A stretch of DNA of 38,360 nucleotides from a virus. The notes under the pieces are model-generated. The model ran no database searches. It worked only from the letters and a program-made list of their open reading frames with translations, and was not told where the DNA came from. The DNA is taken from IMG/VR virus record IMGVR_UViG_3300000117_000004; one strand, 5' to 3'. The translations under genes and the position numbers were made by a program. Position 1 is the stretch's first letter. The number at the start of each line of letters is the position of its first letter. Positions 32,458 to 38,360 of the stretch are shown here, in pieces.

Positions 32458-34222
32458 TGCCTACACCTTTAATGTTTTGTGCTAATTGTGGATTAGATTG
32501 TAGTTGTTGAAATATTTCATCCTCTGACATACCCTCAAACATTGATGGGTCCATTTGCTGACTATTCTGCTTTTCTGTTTGCTTATTAATCAGCCTTTCT
32601 ATTCCAGGTAATTGCATATTCTCTAAAATATATTCTGGGTCTTGTATCAATCCAGCTTGTGCTAAGGATAATATCTTATCTTCTACATAAGCACGATTGT
32701 CAGGTAACATACTACCCACCCTGGCTCTAACCATTGTGTCAATATCATTGAACTCCATACCCATGTAATTAATCTGCGCTTCGTTGCCTTCTGCATCTTT
32801 CGTGGCCAGGGTGTGGATAGAACTACCCATATTCTTAATCATTGCAATCCACATCTGTCCTAATATCTGCATAGCCGCATCTAATTGTCTGGCTTTGAAA
32901 TCTATCTTACTTGTTGCCGCGCTTCTATAAATCTGCGCTTGTACACCACTTGTTACGTTAGGTTCTTGCTTACCCATTGTAGCTTTATTTACACCACTAA
33001 TAGTTTCAAACATATCTACTAGTAGTTGATAAAAGTTAAAAACATAACCAGGAATACTAGCTGGTTGTAACATCTGTACTGCACCAGGCCCACGCTTTCT
33101 TATAACAGCACCTGGCTTATTATTTATCTGGTCTTGCACATCTGCTGTTTCATCTACAACAAACATTGGGTTAGCAATTAGATGTACATTATCCATGACC
33201 TGAGATGCAATTCTGTCTAGTGCAAGATTTATACTCTTTAGTCTTTTCGGTTCGGGTTTACCCCAGAACGAATGTGCGCTACCACCATTCTTCATAACAA
33301 CGTAAGGAAATGGATAAGGACATCTATTCATTTTATCCAGGAACTGATACTTACTAGGCCCATCGTATAGTATGATGTCGTTTGCCATGCAAATTTTTCG
33401 TAGCCCACCTGGATATTTTGGTTTGCCAACCTTCGATTTATCAGAATCTTCATCTGTATACTCGACACTTCCGTCTCTCATATACACTTCAACCAGTAAG
33501 GCCCGTTCTTCCAAATTTTGCATAGCCTCAGTTTCACCTTCAAAGTAATTAGTCTCTGTCCCATGTGAATCAGTTACCTGGATAAGTGCTTTATCACCTT
33601 GTCTTACTTCAGTGATTTTTAAGGCTTCATGTTCCGATAGTTTACCCATCGGCTTTACTAAATGTCCCTTTTCGGGAAATAATTCTTGTATTTCATACAT
33701 TGGCCTTGGGGCCATGTGGATAATCCAGGAAGCGTTTTCTAATTTTGTAGCGCTAGGATTAACATAAAAACTAAATGGGTCCACTATATCGCAATCAGGT
33801 AAATCATCATGCATGTTCCAGTTTAGCTTAACGATACCAGTACCATAGACAAGATAGTCTGTGAGCCATTCTGGAACCAATGTTGCCATATCGCGCATAT
33901 ACCACAAATCATCTATTTGCGCTTGTAAAGTGTTGGCAACGAATTTAGACTCATCTGAAGCACCCACTGGGATAACATCAATCTTCGGAGGCTGAGATGA
34001 CATAATCGGTATCTGGGTATCAATAACATTAGCTATCATGTCTAAGGTTAACTGGTTTTTATATTCTGGCATGGATAAGCCTTCCCAATGTTCACCCATA
34101 TATAACTTTTCTGATTCGCGCCATAACTGACTAGTTTTACGTCTAGCCCTTTTAGCGGAATCCATCATACCATTAACTTTTTTGATTAAATCTCGCTCTT
34201 CTTGACTGGGCTTGTATTCCAT
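32438..34222 (-). CDS. Portal protein
   Basis: 594 aa, downstream of TerL and upstream of the scaffold and capsid genes. Size and position are typical. Confidence 0.65.
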   Translation of the reverse strand: MEYKPSQEERDLIKKVNGMMDSAKRARRKTSQLWRESEKLYMGEHWEGLSMPEYKNQLTLDMIANVIDTQIPIMSSQPPKIDVIPVGASDESKFVANTLQAQIDDLWYMRDMATLVPEWLTDYLVYGTGIVKLNWNMHDDLPDCDIVDPFSFYVNPSATKLENASWIIHMAPRPMYEIQELFPEKGHLVKPMGKLSEHEALKITEVRQGDKALIQVTDSHGTETNYFEGETEAMQNLEERALLVEVYMRDGSVEYTDEDSDKSKVGKPKYPGGLRKICMANDIILYDGPSKYQFLDKMNRCPYPFPYVVMKNGGSAHSFWGKPEPKRLKSINLALDRIASQVMDNVHLIANPMFVVDETADVQDQINNKPGAVIRKRGPGAVQMLQPASIPGYVFNFYQLLVDMFETISGVNKATMGKQEPNVTSGVQAQIYRSAATSKIDFKARQLDAAMQILGQMWIAMIKNMGSSIHTLATKDAEGNEAQINYMGMEFNDIDTMVRARVGSMLPDNRAYVEDKILSLAQAGLIQDPEYILENMQLPGIERLINKQTEKQNSQQMDPSMFEGMSEDEIFQQLQSNPQLAQNIKGVGNEPGMD

Positions 34223-34444
34223 CTAATCTCCTGACTGCTTTAAATCACTTAAGCCACTAGCTGTGGTAATAATATCCATATATGCCTCACGAACATCCGC
34301 ATCCATTTCATTAAGTTCGTCATCTTCTGTAATTTCAACCCTAAACCATTCATTAGTAGCAAAATCATATTTTTCTATTACCCTCGTAACCCTGGCACTT
34401 CTACTTTTTGACTTTCGAACTTTTGCATCAGTTTTTGTATCCAT
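34223..34444 (-). CDS. Small acidic hypothetical protein, 73 aa
   Basis: It lies between TerL and the portal gene, and overlaps the TerL 3' end by 67 nt in another frame. Confidence 0.4.
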   Translation of the reverse strand: MDTKTDAKVRKSKSRSARVTRVIEKYDFATNEWFRVEITEDDELNEMDADVREAYMDIITTASGLSDLKQSGD

Positions 34445-35739
34445 GGTTTGGCTTCTTCTTCCTCTGGTTTACCTATCGCCATCATGGCATATCTGACAGA
34501 ATCCAAAAGATGGTCAGGTCCAGTTGTATCTAAATCTTCTGGCCGCCTAATGTCATGAACAAGCATCGGAATTGTCTCGATGAATTTCCTACAAGTCTTG
34601 AAAACAAAAAACTTAGGTGGCGTTTCTTCATCCCATTTTAGATACTCGCGCAGAAGGTTCCAACCATTCAAGCGGTTATTATTAGCTTTTATTGCATTTA
34701 TCCCACCTTTTCGTAACAAATCTGCTATTGCCATATGGGACCCAGCAACACCATCTGACTTATTCATATTTTGCGGATTACGAATCCACATACTGGGGTC
34801 ACCTAAAGTCATCCTATAGTCATCATCGCCACTAATAGCGTTAATTGCATCTATATGACCAGATAGTTCCATTTCGGCCACATAGTACTCCTTGTATAGA
34901 TAAACATCGCCTTTGGGGCTTACAGCTAACCAACATGTTGCAAATGGTGCTTTATATCCATAGTCTATGCCTCTAAACTTGTACCAGGTACTAGGAATCT
35001 TAAATGGTTCAACAACATGCACATCATATCGCCACTGGCTAAAATATTGTCCATAGTAGACATCCCAATCACCATCTAGCCATGCGCGGCGCAATTCTTC
35101 TGGTAAACCTTTTAACATGTCCATATATCCTGGGTCCTCGCGCATAAGTGTAGGATTATCATGTATCTTACTTGGTATAAATATTCTTGTTCTATTTGTT
35201 ATGGCATCATAGTGAGTTTTTTCTGGTTCATTTGATAAAAATCTAGCTTTGAACCAGTTATGACCTGGACCCCCTGGATTACATGTCAGGAATATTTGTG
35301 GTGACAATCCTATTGTACTACGACAACTAGAAATAAGTTTTAAATAATCTTCTTCATCACCAATCAATGTAGCTTCCTCAATACCCATTTTATGGTATTC
35401 GTGACCCTGATATTTTTGGTACGCTTGTTTATCCATTAAATGCCCAGTTCTGATAATTGCACCAGTGGGGAATCTAAATTCTGCTGGATTACCAACCACA
35501 TCCACATCCAGATGTTTATACATTTGTGTAGCCCTATCTATGTAATCGCGTAAGTCATCGTAGTTTCTACGGATAATAAGGCCCCTATAAAGTGGATTAT
35601 TAAGGTATTCGGGGTCTACCATCCATGCCATTAGGCAACTTGATTTACCACCACCCCTGGCACCACCAAATGCTATTTCAAATTCTTGTCTTGCAAGTGC
35701 AAATTTCTGTCTTGGGTGAGGTTCCCAATGTATTTGCAT
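34378..35739 (-). CDS. terL: Terminase large subunit
   Basis: Walker A-like FGGARGGGKSS near the N-terminus. A later FRGIDYGYKAPFA and a C-terminal D-rich nuclease-like part. 453 aa, in the canonical position. Confidence 0.85.
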   Translation of the reverse strand: MQIHWEPHPRQKFALARQEFEIAFGGARGGGKSSCLMAWMVDPEYLNNPLYRGLIIRRNYDDLRDYIDRATQMYKHLDVDVVGNPAEFRFPTGAIIRTGHLMDKQAYQKYQGHEYHKMGIEEATLIGDEEDYLKLISSCRSTIGLSPQIFLTCNPGGPGHNWFKARFLSNEPEKTHYDAITNRTRIFIPSKIHDNPTLMREDPGYMDMLKGLPEELRRAWLDGDWDVYYGQYFSQWRYDVHVVEPFKIPSTWYKFRGIDYGYKAPFATCWLAVSPKGDVYLYKEYYVAEMELSGHIDAINAISGDDDYRMTLGDPSMWIRNPQNMNKSDGVAGSHMAIADLLRKGGINAIKANNNRLNGWNLLREYLKWDEETPPKFFVFKTCRKFIETIPMLVHDIRRPEDLDTTGPDHLLDSVRYAMMAIGKPEEEEAKPWIQKLMQKFESQKVEVPGLRG

Positions 35740-35957
35740 TACTGCACCCCCCAGTATTCGCTTCTTCTGTACTTGCTTTGTTCGTACTTAGTCATATCCT
35801 TCCAGCATTTAGGTAGGTATTCAGCACGACTATCACAACCACTTGCCAATCCGCAGTAGGTATATGTATCCTTATCAGCTACACCAGTGCGAATGTTGTA
35901 ACTGGATTTGGTAGCAAAAGCGCATTTACGATTTATCTTCGGGCATACATCAAACAT
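35739..35957 (-). CDS. Small Cys-rich hypothetical protein, 72 aa
   Basis: ORF with an ATG start. Its stop shares one nucleotide with the TerL ATG. Confidence 0.45.
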   Translation of the reverse strand: MFDVCPKINRKCAFATKSSYNIRTGVADKDTYTYCGLASGCDSRAEYLPKCWKDMTKYEQSKYRRSEYWGVQ

Positions 35958-36187
35958 ATTCTTCCCTTGGTTTTATTGGTTGTTTTCACCACTATAAAAA
36001 GTTTTTTCATATTCTGTCTGGGACTCCTACATGATATTCGGACCGATGGGACCCGACCAATGGGATGCCCCCCCTCGCAAATAATTTAATCGGTGTCGGT
36101 ACACATTATAAATATTTTCACGAAGCAGACTGACCCAGCCCATTACAATAACATGCAAACCTCCTCGGTACAGCATCATCTGGCTCA
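35958..36187. other. 230-nt non-coding, partly G+C-rich spacer with tandem GACCRATGGGA repeats
   Basis: GACCGATGGGA (36041-36051) and GACCAATGGGA (36055-36065) are followed by a C-run. No credible ORF lies on the late strand. Confidence 0.5.
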
Positions 36188-36200
36188 CTATTGGCTCACC
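36181..36200 (-). repeat. Double-octamer motif, copy 3 (minus strand GGTGAGCCAATAGTGAGCCA)
   Basis: The plus strand reads tggctcactattggctcacc. This is 19/20 identical to the two attP-flanking copies and spans the stop codon of the TerS-like gene. Confidence 0.6.
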
Positions 36201-36553
36201 TCTGGCCCAGGGTCACTAACATCACCAGGGGATTCAGTAGGCAGAAAAGTTTCGCTCACAGCCTGGCCAGTCGTACTGATTTTAGGCGGGTCCAGCGGTG
36301 CTTTCTCTGGCAGAACAATGACCCCAGTTATTCCCTTTTGTTCTACTTCTAATTGCATCGCCTTTAAATCTGGGACCAGCTTTGGCAGTAGGATGCGCCA
36401 CGCTGATACCTGGCGCTTATCATCATCATTCATAGCTACATCAAATAGCTTCTGTATTAATTCGTTCTTCTGTGGGTGGTTACGAACCAGGTCCTTCACT
36501 GAAGTCTTAGGTCTTCCAGTGGGGTTACCTGACTGGCCTTTTGTGAATGGCAT
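36188..36553 (-). CDS. Terminase small-subunit-like protein (N-terminal FTKGQSGNPTGRPK motif)
   Basis: The motif F-x-KGQSGNP-x-GRPK is one I recognise from small phage proteins encoded upstream of terminase large subunits. It is the first gene of the late operon, and it is G+C-rich. Confidence 0.45.
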   Translation of the reverse strand: MPFTKGQSGNPTGRPKTSVKDLVRNHPQKNELIQKLFDVAMNDDDKRQVSAWRILLPKLVPDLKAMQLEVEQKGITGVIVLPEKAPLDPPKISTTGQAVSETFLPTESPGDVSDPGPEVSQ

Positions 36554-36715
36554 TCTATTGTTTTCCTATTGTTAATTAACCTGAGTATATGGTATCCAGG
36601 TGTACGCTTTCAACACATGATTGTACTATTTTTAAATATTACTTGCATAGTATAGTGTTGCAGTGTTACACTCTTGCCATACAAACAACCGAAAAAAAAC
36701 AAACAAGGAGATTAT
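36554..36715. promoter_or_regulatory. Divergent early-right / late promoter region carrying the same operator half-sites as the immunity region
   Basis: ATTGTACTAT at 36621-36630 and ATAGTATA at 36648-36655. Plus-strand candidate promoter: TTGCAT (36644-36649), 17 nt, TACACT (36667-36672). Minus-strand candidate: TTGAAA (36609-36614), then TATACT (36584-36589) with a 19-nt spacer. Confidence 0.5.
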
Positions 36716-37057
36716 ATGTTTTTAGTTACTGATTATAAAGTTAAAACCAACATTACAACTGATTCTTTTAAGAAGTTCATTAAGAAGTGTATCGACTATG
36801 ATATCTTCGCTAACATGGACCAGGGTGTTATCAAGTTTCGTGCTGACTATGTTGTTGACATGCGACCAGCACATAGTGAAGCCAACTACGCTGTCTGGAA
36901 TTGGATGGGTACACTCAGACTAGTCGATTACAGCCAACCAGATGCATACTCAAAGCAGTCAGGTGACTGGCCAATAATTACTGACATCTATTTCAGTAAG
37001 GAACTCAACAATACAATCTGCATCCATACTACTCTCGATAGTTCTGAAGAAGAGTAG
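36716..37057 (+). CDS. First early-right gene, hypothetical, 113 aa
   Basis: The ATG at 36716 is preceded by AAGGAG. The track start at 36674 is TTG. Confidence 0.6.
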   Translation: MFLVTDYKVKTNITTDSFKKFIKKCIDYDIFANMDQGVIKFRADYVVDMRPAHSEANYAVWNWMGTLRLVDYSQPDAYSKQSGDWPIITDIYFSKELNNTICIHTTLDSSEEE

Positions 37058-37059
37058 CA

Positions 37060-37143
37060 TCCATACTGATGATGGCCCAGGTGGTTCCTGGGCCGAAACA
37101 CTAAGTGTCTATGGTAACCAAAAAAAACAAAAGGAACAGCGAT
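37060..37143 (+). promoter_or_regulatory. Early-operon intergenic element, copy A, with hairpin 37074-37094
   Basis: GGCCCAGG-tggtt-CCTGGGCC. The rest aligns with copy B, including the leader aaggaacagcgatATG. Confidence 0.6.
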
Positions 37144-37569
37144 ATGAAATTAGCAAATAGATATTCAAAGGGTGTCACATTACATAGTAAGTCAGAAGGT
37201 GACTTAAGATATTCTCTCAGACGTAAGGTCATTAACTTAATTTATGAAACCAACAGAAGATTACAAGCGCTTGGAATGGCTCGTCTACCTAGAATTGAGG
37301 TCAGGGTTCTTAAGGAAGCAGATTATGCTGGTATGGCTTACAGAGGTACAAACATTATTCATATTACTGAATGTGCTATTAACTATCAAACAGCTAAACA
37401 GCGCCTAGTAATCTGGCATGAGATTGTGCATGGCTTAGGATGGGGTCATGTTGAGGGCTGTAAGCTTATGGATGCTAACCCTTGGCGCTTATGGTCCAAT
37501 GGTGTTGAGGAATCAGAAGTCTGGGAAACATTTCTAAAGTATGTCACCGAGTACCAGCAGAAGAATTAA
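37144..37569 (+). CDS. Small SprT-like / metzincin-motif zinc metallopeptidase, 141 aa
   Basis: HEIVHGLGWGH (nt 37417-37449) matches HExxHxxGxxH. The upstream segment LPRIEVRVLKEADYAGMAYRGTNIIHITE resembles the SprT-like N-terminal pattern. The ATG at 37144 follows the conserved leader. Confidence 0.6.
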   Translation: MKLANRYSKGVTLHSKSEGDLRYSLRRKVINLIYETNRRLQALGMARLPRIEVRVLKEADYAGMAYRGTNIIHITECAINYQTAKQRLVIWHEIVHGLGWGHVEGCKLMDANPWRLWSNGVEESEVWETFLKYVTEYQQKN

Positions 37570-37571
37570 TC

Positions 37572-37654
37572 TCCATACTGATGATGGCCAGGGTGGTTCC
37601 CTGGCCGAAACCAATAGGTCTATGGTAACCAAAAATAAAACAAGGACAGCAATC
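37572..37654 (+). promoter_or_regulatory. Early-operon intergenic element, copy B, with hairpin 37586-37606
   Basis: GGCCAGGG-tggtt-CCCTGGCC. Same locus as 23-105. Confidence 0.6.
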
Positions 37655-38248
37655 ATGAACATACAAGAAAAAGAAACTTTTAAAAATAGGACTCTAACCC
37701 AAATAGCGCTTAACACCGCCATTAGATACTTCATGGATTTTGCATACAATTCATTACAAGATATGTGGCAGATGAAGAAGGATGGTACTTTCTACAAGCA
37801 AACCCAGGATAAGATTGATACATACATCAAGTTAATTCTGGAATGTACCAGTGACCATATGGCTAAAGTTTATGGCGCAGATATTAAGGGTTTGAATGCA
37901 TATGTAGGTAATGGCTATAAAGGCCCAGGAAACAATCAAAAGTTTAACTTTAGGGTTAGTGCTAGTTATTGTGATACAACTGGTAATGAGCCGCAATGGC
38001 TAACCCAGGGCAACTATATGTACGTTGGTAAACAAGCGCCAGAGTGGCTTAATGCAGATGAATTTGAAGAGAACAATAAGAAATATATCCAGGACCAAAA
38101 AGATAAATATCCTATCGTATCTGTAAAGGATGCTATGACAGCACAACGACATTACATGAAGCTTAAAAAAGCTATCGATGATGCAAGACAAGCAAGGCGC
38201 GATTTTGCATACAACTTTGGTTCAGAATACTTAACAAACAACATTTAG
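37655..38248 (+). CDS. Hypothetical early protein, 197 aa (same gene as 106..699)
   Basis: Identical sequence within the terminal redundancy. The longer track ORF from 37541 is read-through from the previous gene's region. Confidence 0.6.
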   Translation: MNIQEKETFKNRTLTQIALNTAIRYFMDFAYNSLQDMWQMKKDGTFYKQTQDKIDTYIKLILECTSDHMAKVYGADIKGLNAYVGNGYKGPGNNQKFNFRVSASYCDTTGNEPQWLTQGNYMYVGKQAPEWLNADEFEENNKKYIQDQKDKYPIVSVKDAMTAQRHYMKLKKAIDDARQARRDFAYNFGSEYLTNNI

Positions 38249-38262
38249 AAAGGGACAGCGAC

Positions 38263-38360
38263 ATGAACTTAGAACTAGGAATATATTATTACATAGATGA
38301 TAATGGTAACAAGGTTTATGACCTTGATGTTATAGGCGATGAAATAGCAGATAAGCTAAG
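38263..38360 (+). CDS. 5' part of the 55-aa ORF (same gene as 714..881), truncated by the window end
   Basis: Identical to 714-811. Confidence 0.4.
   Translation, partial: MNLELGIYYYIDDNGNKVYDLDVIGDEIADKL

Larger units (their letters stand above)
37550..38360. repeat. Terminal redundancy of the contig, right copy (identical to 1-811)
   Basis: Same as the left copy. The ORFs at 73..699 and 37541..38248 encode identical protein sequence over the shared part. Confidence 0.95.

Noticed and set aside
36093-36575. 160-aa plus-strand ORF
   Set aside because: It is almost entirely antisense to the TerS-like gene, which has a recognisable motif and operon context. Long antisense ORFs are expected in this locally G+C-rich stretch.

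Overview
The window is one complete genome of a temperate, AT-rich tailed phage, about 35% G+C by spot counts. It was assembled with an 811-bp end overlap: 1-811 is identical to 37550-38360, giving a unit length of 37549 bp.

Layout:
- (a) Plus-strand early operon, 36716 -> wrap -> 3187. It consists of ORFans, a small SprT/metzincin-like HExxH protein and a tyrosine integrase.
- (b) Minus-strand early-left operon, 8789 -> 3385. It encodes an Xis-like HTH, a RecB-like exonuclease, an SSB-like protein, a replication-initiator-like protein and several more PD-(D/E)XK-like nucleases. I recognised no polymerase, helicase or primase.
- (c) A divergent immunity region with an XRE-type repressor (8978-9754).
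- (d) An attP region (9756-10001) built around the 3' part of a tRNA-Ser(GGA).
- (e) A long minus-strand late operon, 36553 -> 10045, in T7-like order: TerS-like, TerL, portal, scaffold, capsid, tubular-protein-like, small internal proteins, one 2375-aa giant protein, three repeat-rich fibre proteins, then lysis genes.

Observations most worth follow-up:
- The giant, probably ejected protein carries an ADP-ribosyltransferase-like (polyvalent-protein type) domain.
- A 20-nt double-octamer motif occurs exactly three times: twice flanking the attP core and once at the TerS-like gene end.
- An ~84-nt intergenic element in the early operon has a hairpin that shows compensatory base changes between its copies.
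- Five tandem lysine-rich mini-proteins sit inside the head module.
- The immunity region and the early/late divergent promoter region share operator half-sites.
- There are two G+C-rich islands.
- CCWGG appears over-represented genome-wide.

All functional calls come from motif recognition by eye and gene order. No database search was possible.
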